This document shows positions 21,973 to 30,277 of a stretch of 64,000 nucleotides of DNA, one piece after another (positions within the stretch are counted from its first letter, which is position 1; every line of letters begins with the position of its first letter). Where the stretch lies: NCBI GenBank assembly GCA_965228875.1, contig OZ245843.1:1966616-2030615 (forward strand). Reading direction: 5' to 3'. Below the pieces are notes generated by a model. The model worked only from the letters and a program-made list of their open reading frames with translations, was not told the origin of the DNA and did no database searches. This DNA comes from Thalassobaculaceae bacterium (lineage in GTDB: Bacteria > Pseudomonadota > Alphaproteobacteria > Thalassobaculales > Thalassobaculaceae). Position numbers and translations under genes: made by a program.

Positions 21973-22395
21973 TCAGGCTCCGATCAGGTGAAGGACAATG
22001 TGGCGACGGTGCGGGCTGGCCCGATGCTCGTACAGGAAGATGCCCTGCCAGGTGCCGAGGGTCGGCCGCCCGCCGGCGACGGGGATGGCGAGGCTGGTCT
22101 GGGTCAGGGCGCTGCGGATATGGGCCGGCATGTCGTCCGGTCCCTCGGCCGCGTGACGGTAGAGCGTGGCATCCCAAGGGGCGATGCGCGCGAGGAAGCG
22201 GTCGAGATCCGCCAGCACGTCCGGATCCGCATTCTCCTGGATCAGAAGCGACGCCGACGTGTGCCGCACGAACACCGTCAGCAACCCGTCGCCGATCCCG
22301 GAATCCGAGACGAAGGCCCGCACCCGGTCTGTGATCTCGACCAGTCCCGGCCCCCGGGTGCGGATTTCGATCTCGCTCAGCGTCTGGCGGGTCAC
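21973..22395 (-). CDS. yjbQ: YjbQ/UPF0047 family protein
   Basis: HTSASL.IQENADPDV, EGPDDMPAH and LGTWQG motifs. Confidence 0.9.
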   Translation of the reverse strand: MTRQTLSEIEIRTRGPGLVEITDRVRAFVSDSGIGDGLLTVFVRHTSASLLIQENADPDVLADLDRFLARIAPWDATLYRHAAEGPDDMPAHIRSALTQTSLAIPVAGGRPTLGTWQGIFLYEHRASPHRRHIVLHLIGA

Positions 22396-22507
22396 GTCGC
22401 AGGTGGAAATTGCGCGTTCGCTCAACACGATTGCCGAATCCGATCCGTCTTGCCGGTGGTCGCGAGGCTCTCTAGCCTGATTTCACCGTATCCCGCCGGA
22501 GCACCGG

Positions 22508-23353
22508 ATGCCACGTCACATCGTATGCCTGACCTACGATTTCGATGCCCTGTCGCTGCCGATCGCCAAAGGAACCGTGACTCCGACCCCGCTGTCGCGC
22601 GGCGCGTACGGCCTGGTCGGGGTCGAACGCATCCGCCGGCTCCTGAAAACGCACCGCGTCCGCGCCACCTTCTTCGTCCCGGGGCACACGATCGAGAGTT
22701 TTCCCGATGCGGTCCGGTCCCTGGTCGATGACGGGCACGAGATCGCCTGCCACGGCTGGACCCACCGGCGGCCGTCCGACCTGTCGCGCAACGAGGAGCA
22801 GACGGAGCTCACGCGCGCCATCGGTGCCATCGAGCGTGCAACGGGCCGGACGCCGCGCGGCTACCGCTCGCCGTCCTGGGACCTGTCGGAGCATACGCTC
22901 GACCTGCTGCTCGATCTCGGGTTCGCCTATGACTCGAGCCTGATGGGCCACGATCACCTGCCCTACCGGCCGCGGCGCGGCGACACCGTGCCCCTGCTCG
23001 AGCCGGCGACGTTCGGCACGCCGGTGGATCTGATCGAGATCCCGGTCAGTTGGAGCCTCGACGACTACCCCCATTTCGAATGGAGCGTGACGTCCGGCGG
23101 TGCCTTGAATCCGGGCCTGATGTCGTGGCGCGCGGTTCTCGACAACTGGTGCGCCGATTTCGACTTCATGGCCCGAACGCATGACTGGGGCGTCATCACC
23201 TACACCTTCCATCCGTTCGTCTCCGGGCGCGGCCACCGCATGACCGCCATGGAGGCGCTGATTCGCCACGCCCGCGACGGCGGCGCCACCTTCGCGACCA
23301 TGGAGGAGGTGGCCGCCGAGGCGGCCGATCGGATCGGACCGGCGATGTCATGA
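22508..23353 (+). CDS. Polysaccharide deacetylase family protein (HpPgdA-like CE4)
   Basis: TYDFDA, TFFVPG, HGWTH, GYRSPSW, YDSSLM and HPFVSGR motifs. Confidence 0.88.
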   Translation: MPRHIVCLTYDFDALSLPIAKGTVTPTPLSRGAYGLVGVERIRRLLKTHRVRATFFVPGHTIESFPDAVRSLVDDGHEIACHGWTHRRPSDLSRNEEQTELTRAIGAIERATGRTPRGYRSPSWDLSEHTLDLLLDLGFAYDSSLMGHDHLPYRPRRGDTVPLLEPATFGTPVDLIEIPVSWSLDDYPHFEWSVTSGGALNPGLMSWRAVLDNWCADFDFMARTHDWGVITYTFHPFVSGRGHRMTAMEALIRHARDGGATFATMEEVAAEAADRIGPAMS

Positions 23354-23363
23354 CGGCTCTCTC

Positions 23364-23999
23364 GTGAGTCGGCAGGACGCCCTCGACGCCGGGCTGCGTG
23401 CGCTCGCCGAGAGCGACCCGGACATCGCCGCGGCACTGCGGGAGGCCGGCACCCCCGAACCGCGCATCCTCGAGCCGGGATTTCCGGCGCTGATCCGCAT
23501 CATCGTCGGCCAGCAGGTTTCGACCGCGTCGGCGGCCGCCATCCTCGGGCGGCTGACGGACGCCGGCGGCCTGGATCCCGCCCGCTTCGCCGGACTGGAC
23601 GACGCCATCCTCGGATCGATCGGCTTCTCGCGGGCGAAGATGCGCTACGGGCGGGCGCTGGCCGCGCGGGTCCTCGACGGGTCGCTGCCGCTCGACCGGA
23701 TGTCGGCGGCTGATCCCGAAGGCGCCGACGCGGCCCTGAGATCGGTTCCGGGGATCGGACGCTGGACCGCCGAGGTCTATCGCATGTTCGCCCTCGGCGA
23801 CCCGGATGTGTTTCCGTCCGGAGACGTCGCCCTGCGCGAGGCGGTGCGGATGCTGCGAGACCTCGCGGACCGTCCGGACGTCGCGGCCTGCGATGCTGTC
23901 GCCCTGGACTGGGCACCGAACCGCAGTGCCGCCGCGCATCTTCTCTGGCGGCTCTATCGGATCCGCCGCGGCGTCGCCGTGCTCGGCGCCGACCGGTGA
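23364..23999 (+). CDS. alkA: DNA-3-methyladenine glycosylase II (AlkA family)
   Basis: IVGQQVS, HhH motif VPGIGRWTA, catalytic GD and WAPNRS. Confidence 0.88.
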   Translation: MSRQDALDAGLRALAESDPDIAAALREAGTPEPRILEPGFPALIRIIVGQQVSTASAAAILGRLTDAGGLDPARFAGLDDAILGSIGFSRAKMRYGRALAARVLDGSLPLDRMSAADPEGADAALRSVPGIGRWTAEVYRMFALGDPDVFPSGDVALREAVRMLRDLADRPDVAACDAVALDWAPNRSAAAHLLWRLYRIRRGVAVLGADR

Positions 24000-24207
24000 G
24001 ATATGCCACGGTTTCGGCTGATCGCTGGCGGTCGGCGGAACCGTCTGATATCCTTAAATTTAGACAATTCGTGTTAAGAATACACTCGGGTACCTGGGAC
24101 GTGGGCAGGATTGGGGTCATGCCGGAAGGAGCCGCGCGGGATCGCGTCGGAAGCGGCGAGGTGCATTCTCGGTGTACGGCGGCCGCCTCTGCAGTGCACG
24201 GTCGACG

Positions 24208-26691
24208 ATGATGCCAGCAGACATTAGGGTCTCTGTGTCGAACGCCGCTCTGCCGCCCGCGCTCGACCTGATCGACGACGCGTTCCTGCTGCTCGACGCG
24301 GACGATCGCGTCGTCTGCTTCACGGCGCCGGTCCTGACCTTCTTCCCCTACCTGCGGGATCACCTTCGCCCGGGGGTCCCGTTCGCCGACCTGGTCGAGC
24401 TGGACGTGGACGCGAAACGCGACTCCCGCTTTCCCCGCGAGGCCGACACGTGGCGGGATCGGCGGATGAACGCCCACCGTGAACGCCGAGGCCGGCTCGA
24501 CGAGCGCCTGAGCTCCGGGCGCTGGGTTCGGGTCATCGACCACGAGACCGCCGACGGCGGGCGCATCGTCCACTACCGCGACGTCACCGACGACCGGCGA
24601 AACGTCGAGGACTCCGCCCGCTTCACGGCGCTGCTGCGCAGTACGTTGGAGAACATCACTCAGGGGATCTGCGCCTACGACGCAAATTTCCGCCTCCTGA
24701 CCTGGAACAGCCGGTTCTTCGAGCTGCTGGACCTGCCGGCCACCTTCTCCTCCACCGGCACGCCACTGGCGGACATCGTCAGGCACCTTGCCGCAGCGGG
24801 CGAGTTCGGCGAGGGCGAGCCGGAGGAACTGGCCACCGGCGTCATCGAGATGATCAGGACAACGCCGGGCACGACCTACCAGCGCCGAAGCCGCAGCGGC
24901 CGGCTTCTCGAGGTGCGCATCACGCCCAGCCCCGAGAGCGGCGTCGTCATCGTCTTCGATGACATCACCGTCCGTGACGAGGCCCAGCGCGCCTTGCGCG
25001 AGAGCGAGGAGCGCTATGCCCTGTCCGCGGCCGGCGCAAATGACGGCCTCTGGGACTGGGACCTGGCCAACAACACCATATTTCTGTCGCCCCGCTGGAA
25101 GGAGATGCTCGGCTACACACCGGAGGATGTCGGCGACGGCGCGGAAGAGTGGTTCAGCCGAATTCATCCCGAGGACGTCCAGCGCGTGACCGCCCAGCTC
25201 GATGCGCATCTGAGCGGCGCGGTCGCCAATTTCGAGAGCGAGCACCGGGTCCGCCACCGCGACGGCACCTACCGTTGGATGCTGGTTCGCGGCCTCGCGG
25301 TGCGCGACGAGACCGGTCACGCCTACCGCATCGCCGGCTCGATGACCGACATTACCGATCGCAAGCGCGTCGAGGAGCAGTCGATCCACGACGCCCTGCA
25401 CGACAACCTGACCGGACTGCCGAACCGGACCCTGTTCCTGGAGCGCGTCCGGCAGGCGCTGGCCCGCCACAGGCGCAATGCCGCCGCCAGCTTCGGCGTG
25501 GTCTATCTCGACCTGGACCGCTTCAAGGTGGTCAACGAGAGCCTCGGGCATATCCACGGCGACGACCTCATCATCGCCGCCGCCCGTCGCCTGGAGCACA
25601 ATCTCAAGTTCGGCGACACCGTGGCCCGGCTCGGCGGTGACGAGTTCGCCGTGCTGCTGGAGGACGTGAACGACAAGAACGAGGCGCTCGGGGTCTGCGA
25701 CCTGCTGCAGAAGGCGCTGTCCTCCCCGTTCACCCTCAGCGGCAAGGAGATCTTCGCCACCGCATCGATGGGCGCGGCCCACTCCTCCCAGGATTACGGC
25801 CGCCCCGAGGACATCCTGCGCGATGCCGAACTGGCCATGTACCGCGCCAAGGAACTTGGCAAGGCCCAGGCGGTCGCCTTCGACGCCGCCATGCGCGGCA
25901 ACACGGTGACGCCGCTGGACATGGAGACGGATCTGCGCCGGGCCATCGAGCGCGGCGAGATCACCCTGCGCTACCAGCCTATCGTGTCGCTGGCGAGCGG
26001 CCGCATTCAGGGCTTCGAGGCGCTGTCCCGATGGACACACAAGGAGCGCGGCGAGGTGCCGCCGGCCGATTTCATCCCGCTCGCCGAGGAAACCGGGATG
26101 ATCGTCGAGCTCGGCCAGTGGGTACTGCGCCGGGCCTGCGAGCAGATGATGTCCTGGCAGGAACGCTTCGTCGGGCCGGGACCACTGGAGATGAGCGTCA
26201 ATCTGTCCAGCCGGCAGTTCAACCAGTACGATCTGGTCCGCATGGTGACCAACAGCCTGGAAGGGACGGGCATGGACCCGAGCCTGCTCAAGCTGGAGAT
26301 CACCGAGAGCGCGCTGATGGAGAACGCGCACCTCTCGGCTCAGATGCTGCAGCACCTCAAGGAGTTGAACATCCAGGTCTGCGTCGACGATTTCGGGACC
26401 GGCTACAGCTCGCTGTCCTACCTGCACACCTTCCCGATCGACACGCTCAAGATCGACAAGTCCTTCGTCCAGGACATGGGGCGCAACCGGCACAATCTTG
26501 AGATCGTGCGCACCATCTCCCTGCTCGCCCAGAACCTCAGACTGGACGTGATCGCCGAAGGCGTCGAGACTCCCGAACAACTCGCGCAGTTGCGGGCCAT
26601 CGGCTGCGGCTACGCCCAGGGCTATCTGTTCGCCCCTCCCCTGGACGTCGACGGAGTCGAGAGGCTGCTGCGCGAGAACCGAAGCTGGTAG
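24208..26691 (+). CDS. PAS/PAS/PAS-GGDEF-EAL diguanylate cyclase/phosphodiesterase
   Basis: PAS_7 and PAS_3-like repeats (DGLWDWD, RIHPED); intact GGDEF, EAL, DDFGTGYSS and EGVE; start approximate. Confidence 0.93.
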   Translation: MMPADIRVSVSNAALPPALDLIDDAFLLLDADDRVVCFTAPVLTFFPYLRDHLRPGVPFADLVELDVDAKRDSRFPREADTWRDRRMNAHRERRGRLDERLSSGRWVRVIDHETADGGRIVHYRDVTDDRRNVEDSARFTALLRSTLENITQGICAYDANFRLLTWNSRFFELLDLPATFSSTGTPLADIVRHLAAAGEFGEGEPEELATGVIEMIRTTPGTTYQRRSRSGRLLEVRITPSPESGVVIVFDDITVRDEAQRALRESEERYALSAAGANDGLWDWDLANNTIFLSPRWKEMLGYTPEDVGDGAEEWFSRIHPEDVQRVTAQLDAHLSGAVANFESEHRVRHRDGTYRWMLVRGLAVRDETGHAYRIAGSMTDITDRKRVEEQSIHDALHDNLTGLPNRTLFLERVRQALARHRRNAAASFGVVYLDLDRFKVVNESLGHIHGDDLIIAAARRLEHNLKFGDTVARLGGDEFAVLLEDVNDKNEALGVCDLLQKALSSPFTLSGKEIFATASMGAAHSSQDYGRPEDILRDAELAMYRAKELGKAQAVAFDAAMRGNTVTPLDMETDLRRAIERGEITLRYQPIVSLASGRIQGFEALSRWTHKERGEVPPADFIPLAEETGMIVELGQWVLRRACEQMMSWQERFVGPGPLEMSVNLSSRQFNQYDLVRMVTNSLEGTGMDPSLLKLEITESALMENAHLSAQMLQHLKELNIQVCVDDFGTGYSSLSYLHTFPIDTLKIDKSFVQDMGRNRHNLEIVRTISLLAQNLRLDVIAEGVETPEQLAQLRAIGCGYAQGYLFAPPLDVDGVERLLRENRSW

Positions 26692-26703
26692 AGGCTCGAC
26701 GCG

Positions 26704-27849
26704 ATGCGCCGGTTCGACGTGTATTTTCTGCAGAAGCGTGCCGCCTCCGGGTGGGAGACGCTGGAACGTGCCCAGAGCGCGTCGGTGCTGGTGTCTTCCG
26801 TGGTCCAGGCGTTCGACGGCGAGGAGGACGCCGAACTGAGAGTCGTCGGCGGCGACTGGAACGCGACCATCGGCGAGTGGGAATTCAGTCAGATCTTCTT
26901 CGTGGACCGCGCGTCGATCGACCTGGCCCTGGCCGAGCCGTCGGAGGCGACACGCGGTGAAGATGGGACGAGCGCGGACGACCGCGCGCTCTGGGCCGCT
27001 CCCGCCGCCGCCCCCACCGAGGCGGCGGCGGACGAGCGGATTGCCGACGAGGAGCCGGCGGCGCAGTCGGGCGGCGGCTTCGCTGACGCCATCCACGCCG
27101 CCCGCGAAGTGGCCGACCGGGCCGACGGGGAGCAGGGCGAGGATCAGCTCGAGGCCCGCCTGCGCGCCAATGCCGAACCCGAGACGCGGCACGACGAGGC
27201 CGGCCGTCAGCATTTGACGCCGGACGATGACGAGACCACCAACGAGGACCTGCGGTCTCTTGGTTTCACGCGAACCCCTCTCGGACTTGAGGAGCCGGTC
27301 GGCCCGCCGCCCGACTTCCGTCCGGAGCCCCGCCGCCGGGGCCGCGCGTTCTTCATGATCGGCACGGTACTGATCTCGCTGATCCTGATCGTCGGCGCGG
27401 CGATCGCCTTGATGATCGCCTTCAAGGTTGACCCCGCCCCCCGCTACATCGGCATGTTCAAGGAGTGGCGGGCGGCGGCCATGGACGGCGAACAGGCCGG
27501 GGCGCCGACCGCCGACATGGTCATGCCGCAGACCGTCGGCGACAGCCAGGCCCACAAGGGGGTCGCATCGGCCCTTCGGGGACGCTGGTCCTACGGCGAT
27601 TGCCGCGAGGAGTTCATCGAGTTCGGGTCGGACGGTTTCGTGGTGAAGGCGAAGGGCCGCGATCCCTCCATCGAGGTGCCGGTCTCCGAGACCCTGGAGG
27701 ACGAGTACACCTGGTACATCCGCCGTTCGACGGATCTCGTCGAGCATTTTCAGAAGCTTGGCCCTGACGACATCCAGATGATCGGCGATACCACGCCCGT
27801 CGGTTTCACCCAGCGCACCTCCGAGGTCTTCACCCGCTGTCGGCAGTGA
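26704..27849 (+). CDS. Hypothetical single-pass membrane protein (N-terminal domain, acidic linker, TM, C-terminal beta domain)
   Basis: Starts 12 bp after the EAL stop; hydrophobic AFFMIGTVLISLILIVGAAIALMIAF; C-domain LRGRWSYGDC...TRC. Confidence 0.75.
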   Translation: MRRFDVYFLQKRAASGWETLERAQSASVLVSSVVQAFDGEEDAELRVVGGDWNATIGEWEFSQIFFVDRASIDLALAEPSEATRGEDGTSADDRALWAAPAAAPTEAAADERIADEEPAAQSGGGFADAIHAAREVADRADGEQGEDQLEARLRANAEPETRHDEAGRQHLTPDDDETTNEDLRSLGFTRTPLGLEEPVGPPPDFRPEPRRRGRAFFMIGTVLISLILIVGAAIALMIAFKVDPAPRYIGMFKEWRAAAMDGEQAGAPTADMVMPQTVGDSQAHKGVASALRGRWSYGDCREEFIEFGSDGFVVKAKGRDPSIEVPVSETLEDEYTWYIRRSTDLVEHFQKLGPDDIQMIGDTTPVGFTQRTSEVFTRCRQ

Positions 27850-27883
27850 CCGCGCGGAGCAGAGCACGAGCGGAGCTCCGACC

Positions 27884-29140
27884 ATGGCCGTTCTCGACTG
27901 GCATGCCGATCGCGGGACGCACCCCGATCTCGCCCTGCTCGACCGCGCGCCGGAGAGTGCCGGCATAGACCTGCGGGCGGTCCGGCTGTACCGCCTGGGA
28001 CGGGTCCGCGCCGAAATGGCGAAACGCGGGATCGCCGCCCTGATCCTGAGCGACGCGATCAACATCCGCTACGCGACCGGCACCCGCAACATGCAGGTCT
28101 TCACCAGCCGCAACCAGCCGTCGCGCTATCTGCTGCTGACGGAGAGCCGGTCGATCCTCTACGAGTTCACCGGTGCCATGCATCTCGGCGAGGGTTACGA
28201 GACCGTCGACGAGGTGCGGCCGAGCGCCACCGCCAGCTTCGTCGCCGCCGGTCCCGCAGTCGCGGACCGCGAGCGGGACTGGGCGCGCGACATGGCGTCG
28301 ACGCTGCGCGAGCTTTGCGGGACCCGTCCTGTGGTCGGTGTCGAGCGTCTGAACGCCGGCGTGGCGGTTGCACTGGCCGACCAGGGTATTCGCCTTGTCG
28401 ATGCCCAGGAGCCGGTCGAGATGGCGCGCTGCATCAAGTCGCCCGAGGAGATCAAGTGCGTGCGCTCCTCGCTGCGCGCGACCGAGGCCGGCGTCGCCGA
28501 CATGCGCGCCGCCATCCGCCCGGGCCTGACCGAAGCGGAGCTGTGGTCGGTGCTGCACCGCTCGGTGATCGCCGCCAACGCCGATTACTGCGAGACGCGG
28601 CTGCTGAACTCCGGTGCGCGGACCAACCCGTGGTTCCAGGAAACGTCGTCGAAGGTCATCGCCGCCAACGAACTGATCGCGTTGGACACCGACGTTGTCG
28701 GCTGTCACGGCTACTACAGCGACTTCTCCCGCACCTTCCACGCCGGCCCTGACACGCCCACGGAACACCAGCGCACGCTGTACAGGACCGCGCATGAGCA
28801 GGTGCACCACAACATGGACGTCATCCGGCCCGGCATGACCTTCCGGGAGTATTCGGAACTGGCGTGGGACATCCCCGAGGACTACGCCGACCACCGCTAT
28901 TATCTCTCCGCCCATGGCTGCGGCATGTCGGGGGAATACCCCTACCTCTATCATCGCGCCGATTTCCCCGATGCCGGTTATGACGGGGTGATCGAGCCCG
29001 GCATGACCCTCTGCGTCGAGAGCTTCATCGGTCACAACGCCGGCGGCGAGGGGGTCAAGCTGGAACAGCAGATCCTGGTGACGGACACCGGAATCGAGTT
29101 GCTCAGCGACTTCCCGTTCGAAGAGGCGCTGCTGCGGTAG
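27884..29140 (+). CDS. M24 Xaa-Pro peptidase family, DddP (DMSP lyase)-like
   Basis: NIRYATG..NMQ, ETRLLNSGARTNPWFQE, DTD, SDFSR, HG, CVE and KLE metal-ligand pattern. Confidence 0.8.
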   Translation: MAVLDWHADRGTHPDLALLDRAPESAGIDLRAVRLYRLGRVRAEMAKRGIAALILSDAINIRYATGTRNMQVFTSRNQPSRYLLLTESRSILYEFTGAMHLGEGYETVDEVRPSATASFVAAGPAVADRERDWARDMASTLRELCGTRPVVGVERLNAGVAVALADQGIRLVDAQEPVEMARCIKSPEEIKCVRSSLRATEAGVADMRAAIRPGLTEAELWSVLHRSVIAANADYCETRLLNSGARTNPWFQETSSKVIAANELIALDTDVVGCHGYYSDFSRTFHAGPDTPTEHQRTLYRTAHEQVHHNMDVIRPGMTFREYSELAWDIPEDYADHRYYLSAHGCGMSGEYPYLYHRADFPDAGYDGVIEPGMTLCVESFIGHNAGGEGVKLEQQILVTDTGIELLSDFPFEEALLR

Positions 29141-29178
29141 CGCGCGTCGGGCCCGACCGCCTGGAAGGACAGCCCTCC

Positions 29179-29439
29179 ATGCTGCAGATCTTCGACCTCG
29201 CGGCGATCGCCGCCGCCCTGCTCGCCGCCTGGTTCTGGTATCGCGCCGGCGGCGATCCGCCGCGTCGGGTGACGCGGGACGAGGAACTGGATGCGGCCGA
29301 CATCAACCGCATCGTCGTCGCTCTGCATCGGGCCGCCATTCTCAACCGGCGCGCGGCGATCGCCTCCGCCGCCTCGGCGACGATGATCGCGCTGCGTCTC
29401 GTGGCCTCCTGGATCGTGCTTGGGGCCTCAAAGGGATAG
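29179..29439 (+). CDS. Small membrane hypothetical protein
   Basis: Two hydrophobic segments; AAGGA RBS. Confidence 0.6.
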   Translation: MLQIFDLAAIAAALLAAWFWYRAGGDPPRRVTRDEELDAADINRIVVALHRAAILNRRAAIASAASATMIALRLVASWIVLGASKG

Positions 29440-29453
29440 GAACGATCGCACGC

Positions 29454-30179
29454 TTAGAACAACGACCCCTGCGCCGGCCTCGGCGTCTCGACCGGAGTCG
29501 GAGGATCCACAGGGTCGGCGAGTCCCGGATCGTCGTTCCGCACGTTCCCGACGCGCCGGTCGACCGGGAAGGCCTCGATCGCGTCCGGGTCGCAGGGCCG
29601 CATCAGCTGTCCGGCCTCCCTCGCCTCTGCCCCCATCCAGGTCGCGAAGGCGTCCTTCTCGAACAGCATCACCGGCATGCGGTGATGAATGTGAGCGATG
29701 GCCGCGTTCGCTTCGGTGGTCAGGATGGTGAAGGTCTCCAACGCGCTGCCTTCGCCGGTGCCTTCCCACAGCTCCCACAGCCCGGCAAAGGCGAAGGGCG
29801 CGCGGTCGCGGCGCACCACCCGATAGGGCTGCTTGATCCCCGCTTCGGTGCGCCACTCGTAGAACCCGTCCGCCGGGATGACGCAGCGCCGGTAGCGGTA
29901 GGCCGCGCGGAACGCCGGCTTTTCCGTCACGGTCTCGGAGCGGGCGTTGATCATCTTCGCGCCGATGTCGATGTCCTTGGCCCAGGCCGGCACCAGACCC
30001 CAGCGCATCATCGCCAGCACCCGGTGCTGTCGCCGCCCGGTGTCGTCATCCAGCTTTATCACCGGCGCTGCCTGGGTCGGCGCCATGTTCCAGCGCGGCT
30101 CCAGGTTCAGGGCCGTGTCGACATCGAACAGCCGGCGCATGGCCTCCGGCGCGGTGGTGATGCTGTATCGTCCGCACAT
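29454..30179 (-). CDS. yedK: SOS response-associated peptidase (SRAP/YedK/HMCES)
   Basis: MCGRY N-terminus, WGLVP, NARSE, GFYEW and HHRMPV motifs. Confidence 0.95.
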   Translation of the reverse strand: MCGRYSITTAPEAMRRLFDVDTALNLEPRWNMAPTQAAPVIKLDDDTGRRQHRVLAMMRWGLVPAWAKDIDIGAKMINARSETVTEKPAFRAAYRYRRCVIPADGFYEWRTEAGIKQPYRVVRRDRAPFAFAGLWELWEGTGEGSALETFTILTTEANAAIAHIHHRMPVMLFEKDAFATWMGAEAREAGQLMRPCDPDAIEAFPVDRRVGNVRNDDPGLADPVDPPTPVETPRPAQGSLF

Positions 30180-30277
30180 GATTGAACGTTCCGGCCCCGC
30201 GCATGATGGCGTCGCTTGGCGCCGTCGGACGCCGCGTCTACGATCTCCAAAACAACCGCGAAGTCATGAGGCAGGCA

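Noticed and set aside
24053..24078. CtrA box upstream of the GGDEF-EAL gene
   Set aside because: The TTAA half-sites are 16 nt apart, not the canonical N7; this is only an AT-rich promoter with a CTTAA/TTAAG dyad.
23500..28065. 1521-aa minus-strand ORF and other long track ORFs (e.g. 1267..3345, 10743..13082, 39659..42082, 51765..53816)
   Set aside because: These are antisense or out-of-frame shadows of clearly recognisable genes in high-GC DNA; they are Arg/Gly/Pro-rich with no motifs.
23364..30179. alkA + SRAP as a DNA-repair or defence island
   Set aside because: They are 5 kb apart on opposite strands with unrelated genes between, and both are common chromosomal genes.
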